Of a DNA stretch of 64,000 nucleotides, positions 1 to 11,167 are shown piece by piece (the first letter of the stretch is position 1; each line of letters begins with the position of its first letter). Both the position numbers and the translations under genes were made by a program. This stretch comes from Desulfobacterales bacterium. GTDB taxonomy: Bacteria > Desulfobacterota > Desulfobacteria > Desulfobacterales > UBA2174. Location of the stretch: positions 710,053 to 774,052 of the forward strand of contig CAXXWC010000019.1 in NCBI GenBank assembly GCA_963668645.2, in the 5' to 3' direction. The notes beneath the pieces are model-generated. The model worked only from the letters and a program-made list of their open reading frames with translations. It searched no databases and was not told the origin of the DNA.

Positions 1-346
1 AGATCCATCGCCGCTGCGTTCCGGCGTGCAGATGCATCACAACCTCACGGGCAACGCTATCGATCGTAAAAGGCATCGATGCCGCCCGCCGGACCGGGTC
101 AGTCCGTTGATCGGCACCGACAAAAAGCACCGGCTGGCCGGTGCTGGGTGTTTGCTTCGCGTGTAAAAGGGCAGTTCAAATTGCCAGCCCGGAGCATAGC
201 TGAAACCCGCGCCGATTGCCACCTTCTCTTTCAGGCAAAAGCCAGCGGGGATGCGTCTTAGCGTAAAACAGAGCGCTCAGGCAACACTCAGCGCAAAGGG
301 CAGACAACCGTGCGCCCGACACCCCTTGGATCCGAACCGTTGCGGA

Positions 347-943
347 TCACTGCAAGCCTTTGAGGATATTCAGGACTCCGGCCAGACCGATGAAACTGTA
401 GACAATTTTCAGGAACGTTGCGGCGGAAAAGCGCCTGGTGAGCATGTATCCCATGACAGTAAAGCCGATAACCACCGGAACGGACAGGGCACCGATGCGG
501 ATGATTTCAAGGGACACCCCATCTCCGAAGCACACGATATTGAAAAGGCGCAGCAAGGTCGCAGTCAGAAAGACGACCTGCAGCGTGCTCTTGGCATCCG
601 CAGGGTTTTCGTAGCGCGAATAGATAAAGAGGGCCAAAGGCGGTCCGGCAGCGGTGAAGGCGCCGGCCAGAAAGCCGCCGAGGACGCCGGCGGCCGCTCC
701 CACGGCCATATGGAGCTTCCTGCAAATGTGCGGCCTGAAAAGCTCGTTGACGGCAAAAAGGATCGTGCAATTTAAAAAGAGCAAGAGGAAGGTTGTCAGG
801 ACCGAGGCCCGCTCCAGATCCCATTGTGTAAAGGCAATCCCGGCAAAAGCGATGATGCCGAAACCGAGACCCGTGAATCCCTGGGCAAAGGCGGCAAAAG
901 CGACGATCAACTCAACTTGCAGGAAACATTGAAGATCGAGCAT
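347..943 (-). CDS. Sulfite exporter TauE/SafE-family membrane protein, short (198 aa), possibly internally deleted
   Basis: N-terminal AFAQGFTGLGFG and second-half GGFLAGAFTAAGPP motifs; hydrophobic throughout; shorter than typical family members. Confidence 0.7.
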   Translation of the reverse strand: MLDLQCFLQVELIVAFAAFAQGFTGLGFGIIAFAGIAFTQWDLERASVLTTFLLLFLNCTILFAVNELFRPHICRKLHMAVGAAAGVLGGFLAGAFTAAGPPLALFIYSRYENPADAKSTLQVVFLTATLLRLFNIVCFGDGVSLEIIRIGALSVPVVIGFTVMGYMLTRRFSAATFLKIVYSFIGLAGVLNILKGLQ

Positions 944-1217
944 GCCGTTGTCTTGCCCCTGACTTGTAGCTGTGTGGAATTGGGCGATACTTCAGCCGCA
1001 CAAGATCGGCTCTCTATGACATGGTGCACGAAATGGCCGGCGGCGACCGGCATCTTCAGCCGGCCGCCGCTGGAATCTTTCCTCCCGCCGTCACATCGGG
1101 CGCTTTAGGCATACAAGCGCCAGCCACACGGCGCATCTTATCGTTATTTTTATATTTTTAGGACCGCAGGCTCTCCGCCCGCAGCATCGCAGGGCCTTAT
1201 AACCGGCCGTGGCCGGC

Positions 1218-3164
1218 TCAGTAGCCCGGCGACGGGGTGCCTTCTTCTTCGAGCGTCCGCTTTTCCCTGAAACGCATCCAGCCGACCATGCCGCAAAACA
1301 TGCAGATGCCGATCACGTCATAGACCAGACCCGGCACGATCAGCAACAGGGCGGTAAACACGGCAAAGACCCGCAGGTAGATATTGACCGGCCCACGGTA
1401 GTAGCCCACTGTGCCGATGGCCATGAGATTGGCCGAAATCACGGTCACCACGACGGTCTGGACGATGGCATACCATTTTCCCATCATCAACACCGAAGGC
1501 CGGAAGATAAAGAAAAACGGGATGATATATTTCATGATGGCAAGACGTATCGAAACGATGGCCACCTTGATCCAATCGGCCTTGGCGATGCTGGCCGCCG
1601 TAAAAACGGCGGTGCAAACCGGCGGGGTCAGTCCGGACAAAATAGCGCAGTAAAAAATGAACATGTGGGCCGACAGCGGCGCGACGTCCATCATTTGCAA
1701 TGCCGGCCCGACCACCGAGGCGGCCAGCACGTAAGCGGCCGTGGTGGGAATGCCCATGCCGAGGATAAGGCTCACCATGGCCGCCAGGATAAGGGCGAAC
1801 ACCAGATGGCCGCTGCTGGCACCGATGATCAGTTCGCTCAGCTTGATGCCCATCCCGCTCAGGGAAATCATCGAGATGGTCATCTGGGCGCAGACCAGCA
1901 GACTGACAACGGTGATCATCCCCCTGCCCGAATCCTCGATGCCCTTGTAAACCACCAGGCAGCGCTTCTTGAAGGCCGCCTTGGTCAAGGGGTTGAAAAA
2001 CAGGTAAAGAACCAGGTTGGTCACCACCGCCAAAAAGGCGGCCTTGGTGGGGGTGTGCCCCATGAACAGGCTCGTGAGCAAAACGGCGATGGTCACGCCC
2101 ACCGGGCCGATGGTCTTCCAGTTAAAGACGGAACGCACCGAAGGGATCTCCTCGGGCGGGACCCTGGACATGTCGATTTTGCGTGCCTCCAAATCGATGC
2201 TCACCCAGACGCAGATGTAAAACAAGAGTGCCGGCAGGGTCGCGGCGAAGGCGATTTTCAGATAGGGTTCGCCGATCAGCTCACTCATGATAAAGGCACC
2301 GGCGCCCATGATGGGAGGGGTGATCTGCCCCCCGGACGAAGCGGTGGCCTCCACGCCGCCGGCAAAATGATTGCTGTAGCCGAGGCGCTTCATCATTGGA
2401 ATCGTGAAGTTGCCGGTGGTGGCCACGTTGGCGATGGCGCTTCCCGAAAGCATGCCGAACAGGCCGCTGGCCACTGTGGCCACCTTGGCCGCGCCGCCGT
2501 AGGAGCGGCCGCCGAACAGCAGGGCGATCTGCATGAAACTGGCCGCGCCCCCGGTGGCCAGCAGGATCGAACCGAAGATGATGTAGGCCGCCACCAGGGT
2601 GGCCGATATGCCGGTGAGCACCCCCCAGACCCCTTCGGGCCCCAGGTAGAGATATTCGACGATATAGCCGAGTTGAAACCCGCAGTGCCCCCAGTAACCG
2701 GGGATGTAGGCGCCGAAATAGGCGTAGGCCATGCAAAGGGTCGCCATCAGTGGCAGCAGGATTCCCGTTGCCCGGCGGGCCGACTCCAGCGCCAGGGCGA
2801 TCAGTGCGATCCCCATAACGATTTCATAGGATTGCGCCGCCACCCCGATGCCTTCCATCAGGCGGTTGTAATTAAAAACGATGTAAAGACAGAGCCCGCC
2901 TGAAACCAGTGCCAGCATAATATTGAAAAGGCTCGGTCCCCTGGGCAGGGTCTTGTGCTTGACCGCCGGCAGCACCAAAAAGGCCAGCACAAGGCTGAAT
3001 CCTGCATGGATGGCCCGCTGAATCATGTTGGGAAACTGGCCGAAACCGGCGGTGTACAATTGGAAAAGAACGAAAAATACACTCAGGATTCCGACAATGT
3101 GCTCGAAAATGATCCCGCGCCGGCCGCCGGGCGCTTCATGCTGGATATCGCTGTTATTGGTCAT
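1218..3164 (-). CDS. TRAP transporter fused 4TM/12TM permease (TAXI-associated), module A
   Basis: 648 aa; GPEGVWG, SGSAIANVATTG, EATASSGGQITPPIMGAGAFIM, LGMGIPTTAAY and LTPPV motifs. Confidence 0.95.
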   Translation of the reverse strand: MTNNSDIQHEAPGGRRGIIFEHIVGILSVFFVLFQLYTAGFGQFPNMIQRAIHAGFSLVLAFLVLPAVKHKTLPRGPSLFNIMLALVSGGLCLYIVFNYNRLMEGIGVAAQSYEIVMGIALIALALESARRATGILLPLMATLCMAYAYFGAYIPGYWGHCGFQLGYIVEYLYLGPEGVWGVLTGISATLVAAYIIFGSILLATGGAASFMQIALLFGGRSYGGAAKVATVASGLFGMLSGSAIANVATTGNFTIPMMKRLGYSNHFAGGVEATASSGGQITPPIMGAGAFIMSELIGEPYLKIAFAATLPALLFYICVWVSIDLEARKIDMSRVPPEEIPSVRSVFNWKTIGPVGVTIAVLLTSLFMGHTPTKAAFLAVVTNLVLYLFFNPLTKAAFKKRCLVVYKGIEDSGRGMITVVSLLVCAQMTISMISLSGMGIKLSELIIGASSGHLVFALILAAMVSLILGMGIPTTAAYVLAASVVGPALQMMDVAPLSAHMFIFYCAILSGLTPPVCTAVFTAASIAKADWIKVAIVSIRLAIMKYIIPFFFIFRPSVLMMGKWYAIVQTVVVTVISANLMAIGTVGYYRGPVNIYLRVFAVFTALLLIVPGLVYDVIGICMFCGMVGWMRFREKRTLEEEGTPSPGY

Positions 3165-3262
3165 TTTTCCTCCCGGGCCCGCAAAAGCCCGCTTCGCAAA
3201 CCCGATCAGTTGTCAAACTTGAACGGCGGCAACCCTGCGAGCCGCCGCCGCCGTCACACTCG

Positions 3263-4273
3263 CTATTTCATCTCGGGGGGAATCAGGTTTTGCGGGATCT
3301 CGTATCCCTTCTCCCGAAAGTAGCGCACCGCACCGGCATGCAGCGGAAACTTGGCATATGTCAGAGTCTCCTTGCCGATGTCGAAGCCGACCATGGCCTT
3401 GTAGGCCGCCTCTTGATACTGCCGGGCCTCATGAACGCCTTTGAGCAGCCAATAGACCTGATCGGCGGTCAGGCTGTCATAATAGGAGATATAACCGATG
3501 CACTGCACCGGGGTAGTGTAGGTGGGGATCCCCGGATTGGTCCCTTCCTCGATCCGGGCGAAGTTCAAAAACGGCATGGCTTTTTCCACCACGGCAACCT
3601 TGTCCTGCGGCCAGTCGAGGATGGTGATCTTGTTAAACGCCTGGATCTCCTTGGTTGAGGCGTCCAGATAGAGCCCGGCGCCGGCCTTGGCGTAGCCGAC
3701 GATGCGGTTGTCCTTCAGGGCCGCCACCGCGTCGGCCAGGCTGCCCCGGTAGTAATCCGGCTCGACGCCCACCAACCCGAGGATCTGCTGGACGAGCTGC
3801 TCGGTGGCCGAGCCGCGCAGGCCGGGGCAGAATTTTTTGCCGTTCAGTCCTTCGAGGGTCGTGATTCCGCTGTCAGCCCTGACGATGTAATTGGATGCAT
3901 TGACGCTGTAAAGCCACAGGGCGCGAATCTTGGGCCGGGGGCTGTCCTTGTATTTGCCAAGGCCCTTGTAGGCTTGGAAAAATGTGGCATAGGTCCCCAA
4001 GCCGAAGTGGATCTGGCCACGGTTGATCCGTTCCAGGTTGTCCACCGCCCCGCCGGTGGCCACCACCGTCACATTGACCTTGTCGCCGCATACTTGGTTG
4101 ATCGATTTGCCCGCGGCCACCGCATAGACATAGTGGCTCGATGAGGTGCTGGTGGACCCGGAAAGCAGGCGATCGGGCGCTGCCTGCACCGGGCCATAGA
4201 AGCACAGGGTGCAAAGCATCACGATTGACAGGATTATCGCCGCCGATATCGGCACTCGTCTGAATTCAGACAC
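3263..4273 (-). CDS. TAXI-family TRAP solute-binding protein, module A
   Basis: Signal peptide; ATGGAVDN and C-terminal PLHAGAVRYF motifs; GTG start with AAGGAG RBS; directly upstream of the fused permease. Confidence 0.93.
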   Translation of the reverse strand: MSEFRRVPISAAIILSIVMLCTLCFYGPVQAAPDRLLSGSTSTSSSHYVYAVAAGKSINQVCGDKVNVTVVATGGAVDNLERINRGQIHFGLGTYATFFQAYKGLGKYKDSPRPKIRALWLYSVNASNYIVRADSGITTLEGLNGKKFCPGLRGSATEQLVQQILGLVGVEPDYYRGSLADAVAALKDNRIVGYAKAGAGLYLDASTKEIQAFNKITILDWPQDKVAVVEKAMPFLNFARIEEGTNPGIPTYTTPVQCIGYISYYDSLTADQVYWLLKGVHEARQYQEAAYKAMVGFDIGKETLTYAKFPLHAGAVRYFREKGYEIPQNLIPPEMK

Positions 4274-4433
4274 GATCAGCTCCTTTCATCTGTTAATATG
4301 AATTGTTGCTGGTCTTGGGTTGCAGTGAAAAGGCCGTTTTCCCCTTTCTTTGATGCGCCGCCGGTTTATCGGGCTGGTTGAATATTATGGCCTGCAAAGA
4401 ACATGCATCATCGCGTGCCTGGAGCACAAACGC

Positions 4434-5759
<1,326 letters not shown>

Positions 5760-5934
5760 GACCGGTTTCCTTTCCTCTTCGGACAGGTGCATCGCTGTCG
5801 TTGCCTCGGCACCTGGGCAGGCAACGCACTGCCTTGCCAAGGCCTGGCGCGGTGCGATGCCACCGGGTTGGGCGGCATCGCACCGTCTGTTCTTGCGGCC
5901 GGACAGGCCGATGCAGCTGACCTCTTTGCGACGA

Positions 5935-6150
5935 CTAACCGATCACGGCAAGAAGTGCGTCCTTGGCCACCGCCTTGCCGGCTTCCACCGGCAGTTCGAG
6001 GATCGATCCGGCCACGGTCGACACCACCGGCATTTCCATCTTCATGGCTTCCATGGTCAAGATCTTCTCGTGCAGCGCGACGCTGTCGCCGACCTTCTTG
6101 ACGACCTCGATGATTTTGCCGGGCATTGGTGATTTGATTTCAGTGGACAT
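5935..6150 (-). CDS. Biotin carboxyl carrier protein, module A
   Basis: 71 aa; SPMPGKI and EAMKM biotinylation motif. Confidence 0.95.
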   Translation of the reverse strand: MSTEIKSPMPGKIIEVVKKVGDSVALHEKILTMEAMKMEMPVVSTVAGSILELPVEAGKAVAKDALLAVIG

Positions 6151-6210
6151 CTGTTTTTCCTTTCGGTTTTGACGTATTACGGTGGTTACGGCGCCTCGGA
6201 TCTGGCGATG

Positions 6211-7794
6211 CTAGTAGGATGTGGGCCAGCAGTGCATCAGATGCTTGCCGACCCCGCCCGACTTGATGTTCTTGTGGTAGGCGACCATATCGGTCAGCCA
6301 GGCACGGGTCTGGCACGGATCGATCACGTCGTTGAGGTTGAAGATTCCCGCCGCTTCCCAGGGTGCGGTGTCCTTGCCCATGACCTTCATCTTTTCGGCG
6401 AATTTTTCAGGATCATCCGACTTTTTCAGATTGTAGACCACGTTGATGCCGGTCTCCGGATCCATAAAACTGATCTCGGCCGAGGGCCAGGCGACGATGG
6501 TGTCCGAGTTGCGCCCCCCGCCCATGTTGAGAAAGGCCTGGCCGTAGGTCTTGCGCACGATGATGGTGATCTTGGGCACCGTCACCAGGGTCAGCGCATT
6601 CATGAAGTTGATGATCTTTCCGGTTATTTTCCGTCTTTCACCCTCTTTGCCCACCAGAAAGCCCGGGGTGTCCACCAGCATGACGATGGGGATGTTGTAT
6701 GAATCGCACAGCACCAGGAAGCTGGTGATCTTCTCGCAGGCATCCGCGTCCATGGCGCCGGCGATATGCAGCGGATTGTTGGCCACAATACCCACCGACT
6801 GGCCGCCGACCCGTGCCAGGGCGGTGACGGCCGAGCGGGCAAAATTTTCCTTGACCTCGAACAGATCCTCGCCGTCCACGATGCAGCGCAGGATCTGGCG
6901 CATGTCGTAGATCGCCCGGGGGCTTTCGGGCAGCAGATCGAGGATCTTGTCCATCTTGTCCCCGGAGCCGGCCGGCACCGGCGCCGTAGGCGGCGCCAAT
7001 TGGCTGTTGGACGGCAGAAAAGACAAGAACTTGCGCACCGCGGCGAGACATTCCTCATCGGTCTCGCACACCACGTCAGCCAGCCCGGTCACCTCGCTGT
7101 GCAACTGCCAGCCGCCCATCTCCTCCGGATCGGTGGCCTCTCCGGTGGCCAGGGAGGTCACCTTGGGGCTCGAAACCGCCAGTACGGCTCCCTTGCGCTG
7201 GATCCTGAAATCGGACATCATCGTGTACCAGGTGGGGCTGCCGTAGCAGGGCCCCAGCATGCAGGCCACCCAGGGCGCCTCGCGCAGGCGCTGGTACTGG
7301 GCCCCGTCGCCGCCGAGCTGGGTGACCATGCCCCTGGCGCCCATGATGTCCGGCATCCTGGCGCCGCCGGCCTCGCCCATGAAGACAAACGGAATTCCCC
7401 GCTCGCAGGACATCCGTTTGCAGTAGCCCACCTTCTTGCCGTTGACCCCGGCGCTGGACGCGCCCAGCACCGTCAGATCACAGGACATGGCCACCACCGG
7501 GCGCTGGTCGATCTTGCCGAATCCGCAGACCTTGCCGTCGCAGGGCGACCGGTGGGCCATGGCCGGCTGATCCGAATGGGAAAAAAGGCCGACCTCCTGA
7601 AAAGTGCCTTCATCCAGCACGGCATCCATCCGCTCTCTGGCGTTGAGCCATCCTTTTTCTTTGTAATAGGCAAGCTTTTTCTCCCCGCCCATTCCCAAAG
7701 CGGCCTTGCGTTTCTCCTCGAATGTTTTCATCTGTGCTTCGAACGCGGCCATTACTTCCTCCTCTTTGTTTTCTTCTTCGGTTAACAGACCCAT
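6211..7794 (-). CDS. Acyl-CoA carboxylase/decarboxylase carboxyltransferase subunit, module A
   Basis: ARERMDAVLD, GGARM, EEMGG, VDTPGFLVG, RKTYG and AWPSAE motifs of the PccB/MmdA-like family. Confidence 0.92.
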   Translation of the reverse strand: MGLLTEEENKEEEVMAAFEAQMKTFEEKRKAALGMGGEKKLAYYKEKGWLNARERMDAVLDEGTFQEVGLFSHSDQPAMAHRSPCDGKVCGFGKIDQRPVVAMSCDLTVLGASSAGVNGKKVGYCKRMSCERGIPFVFMGEAGGARMPDIMGARGMVTQLGGDGAQYQRLREAPWVACMLGPCYGSPTWYTMMSDFRIQRKGAVLAVSSPKVTSLATGEATDPEEMGGWQLHSEVTGLADVVCETDEECLAAVRKFLSFLPSNSQLAPPTAPVPAGSGDKMDKILDLLPESPRAIYDMRQILRCIVDGEDLFEVKENFARSAVTALARVGGQSVGIVANNPLHIAGAMDADACEKITSFLVLCDSYNIPIVMLVDTPGFLVGKEGERRKITGKIINFMNALTLVTVPKITIIVRKTYGQAFLNMGGGRNSDTIVAWPSAEISFMDPETGINVVYNLKKSDDPEKFAEKMKVMGKDTAPWEAAGIFNLNDVIDPCQTRAWLTDMVAYHKNIKSGGVGKHLMHCWPTSY

Positions 7795-8450
7795 TTTTTA
7801 TATTTGATCAGACATTCGGTGGCATTCTGGAGGTTCTCGCGCTTCAGCCGTTCGGCCTCGTTGGCATCTCCCTCCATGATCGCTTTGAGCACCGCCCGGT
7901 GCTCCTGCACGGCCTCCTGCACCCGCCCCGGCAGGATGACGATGCGCCGCTGGACGATCTGGATCTTGGAAAAAAGTGAAGTGACCAGCTTGGACAGTTC
8001 CTCGTTTTGCGCGGCGGCCAGCATCCGCTGGCGAAATTCGACAATCAGCAGGAAATACTTGTCAAAATCGAGCTGTTCGACGCACTCCTGCAAGGGGGCC
8101 CCGAATTCCATCTCCAGGTCCTGCCAGTCTTCGGCCGACGTTTTTTGGGCCGCCAGGCGGGCCGCCAGGCTTTCGAGGCTCTGGCGTATCTCCATGATTT
8201 CGATCAGGGTATCGAAGTCGATGGTCCTCACGGTGACCCCTTTGTTCGGCTGCTTGCCCACCAGCCCCTCGACTTCCAGGGCGCTCAACACCGACCGCAC
8301 CACCGAACGACTGACGCCGAACTCTTTGAGCAGATCGCTTTCGACCAGCTTCTTGCCGGGCGGGATCTGGCCACTGACGATCATTTTCCGCAACGCATCG
8401 AGCATTTCGCCGCGGGAGGCAGCCGGGGAGGCTTTGGGTTTATTTTTCAT
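7782..8450 (-). CDS. GntR/FCD transcriptional regulator (gntR-1)
   Basis: PGKKLVESDL...FGVSRS winged helix and C-terminal EH FCD motif; overlaps the carboxyltransferase start. Confidence 0.93.
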   Translation of the reverse strand: MKNKPKASPAASRGEMLDALRKMIVSGQIPPGKKLVESDLLKEFGVSRSVVRSVLSALEVEGLVGKQPNKGVTVRTIDFDTLIEIMEIRQSLESLAARLAAQKTSAEDWQDLEMEFGAPLQECVEQLDFDKYFLLIVEFRQRMLAAAQNEELSKLVTSLFSKIQIVQRRIVILPGRVQEAVQEHRAVLKAIMEGDANEAERLKRENLQNATECLIKYKKWVC

Positions 8451-8540
8451 TTTTCCGTCCCGTTGCGGCGATTTCGGCGGATTGCCCAGACACCTTACGC
8501 CGCGTCGTTAATTATGTACCATTTTATGTTGCTGAAAATG

Positions 8541-8586
8541 ATTACAAGAGACTTAACTTAAGTGTCAAGTGTTTTTGTCGATAAAA
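8541..8586 (-). promoter_or_regulatory. Putative sigma70 promoter of module A with adjacent palindromic operator
   Basis: Minus-strand TTGACA (8568-8563), 16 nt, TGTAAT; near-perfect palindrome TTTTGTCGATAAAA at 8573-8586. Confidence 0.5.
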
Positions 8587-8864
8587 TTGGTGACAATCAT
8601 GGTAACAGACATTTTTACAATGATTGTCCCGGTGGCGGCAGCGCCCGGGTCATTCATTACATATTGAAATACCTAAATTTTTTTCAGCTTATGGAAGGAC
8701 GCCACCGATGAAAGGGTACAGGTTTGCTGCTATGGATTGGGCAAAAGTTGCAGGTGCAAGAAGGCGCGACGGGGATCTGAAACGGTCGGCAGGGACGATC
8801 AGCGAGGTTTTTGCCGGTGACGGGCGCCGGACAGGCCGCCACCCGTGCAAAAAGGCGCGGGCAC

Positions 8865-9533
8865 TCAGAGCACCCACTTTTTGTACTTTTTCAGCATGGC
8901 GATGGCGCTGCGCAGGTTTTCGCGTTTTAGGGCCTCGGCCTTTTGCCCATCGCCGGAAACAATCGCCCGAAGGATCTCCCGGTGCTCGGCCAGCCCGACC
9001 TGGAGCCTGCCGGGCAGCAGGATCAACCGCCGCTGGACGATGCGCATCTTGGCGTAAATCCGGTCGGCCATGTCGGAAAGTTCCTGGTTAGCCGCGGCCT
9101 CGAGCAGACGGCTCTGGAATGTATTGACCAGGGCCAGGTACCCGTCTAGATCCTTTTCCCTGACCTTTTCTTCCATACATTCGCCGAAGGCGTCGACCAG
9201 ATCCTGCCAATCGGCCGCGGTGGTGTTCTCGGTCGCCAGGCGCGCAGCCAGGCCCTCAAGCACCTCGCGGACTTCCATGATCTCGAAAAGGGTCTTGAGG
9301 TCGATCCGGCGGATGGTCGCCCCCTTGTTGGGCTCCTTTTGCACCAGGCCCCGGCTTTCCAGGTCCTGGAGCAGCTCCCGGGCCATCTGGCGGCTGATCC
9401 CGAACTCCTGGGCCAGATCGTTCTCCACCAGTTTACTGCCCGGAAGGTACTCGCCTTCCACGATACGATGCCGCAGTATGTCCAACACCTCGACTCGATC
9501 AAGGCCCTTTACGGGCTTTCCGGTTTGCGCCAT
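8865..9533 (-). CDS. GntR/FCD transcriptional regulator (gntR-2)
   Basis: 222 aa; PGSKLVENDLAQEFGISRQ winged helix and FCD domain; GGAGGA RBS. Confidence 0.94.
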   Translation of the reverse strand: MAQTGKPVKGLDRVEVLDILRHRIVEGEYLPGSKLVENDLAQEFGISRQMARELLQDLESRGLVQKEPNKGATIRRIDLKTLFEIMEVREVLEGLAARLATENTTAADWQDLVDAFGECMEEKVREKDLDGYLALVNTFQSRLLEAAANQELSDMADRIYAKMRIVQRRLILLPGRLQVGLAEHREILRAIVSGDGQKAEALKRENLRSAIAMLKKYKKWVL

Positions 9534-9586
9534 CCGAGTTCCTCCATGTATTTTAGGCCCTTTGCAGGGTCGGCGGGATTGCAGCG

Positions 9587-9626
9587 ATTATATGCAAACC
9601 TGAAAGGTTGTCAATCTTGTCGGCAC
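9587..9626 (-). promoter_or_regulatory. Sigma70 promoter of gntR-2 with upstream GTGCCGACAA motif
   Basis: Minus-strand TTGACA (9614-9609), 16 nt, TATAAT (9592-9587); both hexamers match consensus exactly. Confidence 0.7.
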
Positions 9627-9927
9627 CACTGCAGCAATTATCGGCGGCTCTTCTCGCGGCGCCTTGGCAGCCTGTGGATAAAACGGATCAGGCTTTCAGA
9701 CCGGCTGCGGCCTGGCATGCAAAGCTCGGCATATCAGGGGCGTGCAAACCTTCTCGACGCGACTGCAGCGTCGCATGGCGCGCTTTCAGAAAAAAACAGG
9801 ACAAGGCACGGTAGCATATCAGGTGGGCAGAAGATTATACGGACGCTTGCGGGAACAACAGGCGAAGATCACACCACAGGGGTCGAAGCATAGATCAGCC
9901 TCGGGCCGCCCACGTTCGGGATGCGCA

Positions 9928-11157
9928 TCATTCCGGCCACCGTTTTGCGTCGGCCCGATCGCGAATCAGAAGCACCGCCGGAACCGCAACAATCCCCACC
10001 AGGCCGTTTAGAAGGAAGGCCGAACCGAGGCCCCACCGGTCCCCGACCCAGCCCATGACCACCGCCGCCAGGGCCGTTGCCGCAAAGTTGACGGTGGTGT
10101 AAAGACCGTTGGCGGCCCCTTTTTCGTCCTGGAAGGTTTCCTGAAGCACGGCCATATTCACCGGCGCGATGGTAAAAATGAAGCACCCCAGAAGTGCCAG
10201 CACCGGGTAGAGGATCCATCCTTGGGCATAGACCATGGCCAGCTGGAGCGCTCCGGAGAGCAAAAAGAAGAGCAGCAGGACCGGGCGGGCGCCGTATCGG
10301 TCGCAGGCATATCCGCCCAGCAGGGTCCCGAAAATGCCAAAAAACTGCATCAGCGCAAAAGCGAGCCCGCCGATCCAGACGCTCTGGCCGGTGGAGACGA
10401 GGTAGGTGGGAAGAAAGGTCACCAGCGTCCCCACCATCACCGCGCGGGCGATGATCACCGAAGAGAGCGGCACCATGCGAACCACCAGCTTTTTCCAGGA
10501 CGATGCTGTCCGCGAAGTGGAAGGGAGGGCCTCGGGCAGGTCCACCCGGCGAAGATAGACCAGCAAAAGAAGAGAAAAAACAATGCCGAAGCCCATCAGC
10601 GGATAAAGCCCCTCAAAGCCCAGCACCGTGATGCTCCAGGCCGCAAAGACCGGACCCAAGGCCCGCGAGGCCTCCCCGCCGAGCATCCAGAAACCCATCC
10701 CCCTTCCGTATTGTCCGGGCGTGCTTCGGGCGATAATCACCGGGCCGAGCACATGCATCAGCACCGAACTGATTCCGGCGACAAACAGCAGGAGGCAGAC
10801 GCTGGCATAGCCCGAAGCCATGCCAAGCAACGACATGCCGATAGCCGTGACAGCCGGAGCGAGGGCGGCCAGCACCCGCAGGTCCTTGCGGTCCGCCACT
10901 CGCCCGATAAATGGACTCCAGAAGGTCGGCAGGCGGAAAATAAGTGTAAAGCTTCCCGCCGCCAGCAGGCTCAAGCCGATCTTTTCGATCAGCAGGGGCA
11001 AGACCACCGGCAGGAAGCTGGAAAACACGTCATGGACAAAGTGGGCGGCCGAAATGCTTATGGCAACGGCCATCGCCTGGCCCGGGCCCCCCTGCACCGC
11101 CTTTGCGGCAATCTCCTTGTTTCCCGTCTGGAATTCCATTCTTGCCCCGAGATCCAC
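9928..11157 (-). CDS. MFS transporter (Fsr-like)
   Basis: AHFVHD start motif, GRVADR and GYACDRYG loop motifs, about 12 hydrophobic segments; start may be 11139. Confidence 0.9.
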   Translation of the reverse strand: MDLGARMEFQTGNKEIAAKAVQGGPGQAMAVAISISAAHFVHDVFSSFLPVVLPLLIEKIGLSLLAAGSFTLIFRLPTFWSPFIGRVADRKDLRVLAALAPAVTAIGMSLLGMASGYASVCLLLFVAGISSVLMHVLGPVIIARSTPGQYGRGMGFWMLGGEASRALGPVFAAWSITVLGFEGLYPLMGFGIVFSLLLLVYLRRVDLPEALPSTSRTASSWKKLVVRMVPLSSVIIARAVMVGTLVTFLPTYLVSTGQSVWIGGLAFALMQFFGIFGTLLGGYACDRYGARPVLLLFFLLSGALQLAMVYAQGWILYPVLALLGCFIFTIAPVNMAVLQETFQDEKGAANGLYTTVNFAATALAAVVMGWVGDRWGLGSAFLLNGLVGIVAVPAVLLIRDRADAKRWPE

Positions 11158-11167
11158 CGGTATGGGG

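Noticed and set aside
46..55. TCACGGGCAA, a partial match to the fdh leader core
   Set aside because: Lacks the complementary arm and the GGCTTTAC-TGA element; compatible with chance.
9673..9681. Perfect DnaA box TGTGGATAA
   Set aside because: Isolated; no box cluster or dnaA context, so no oriC call.
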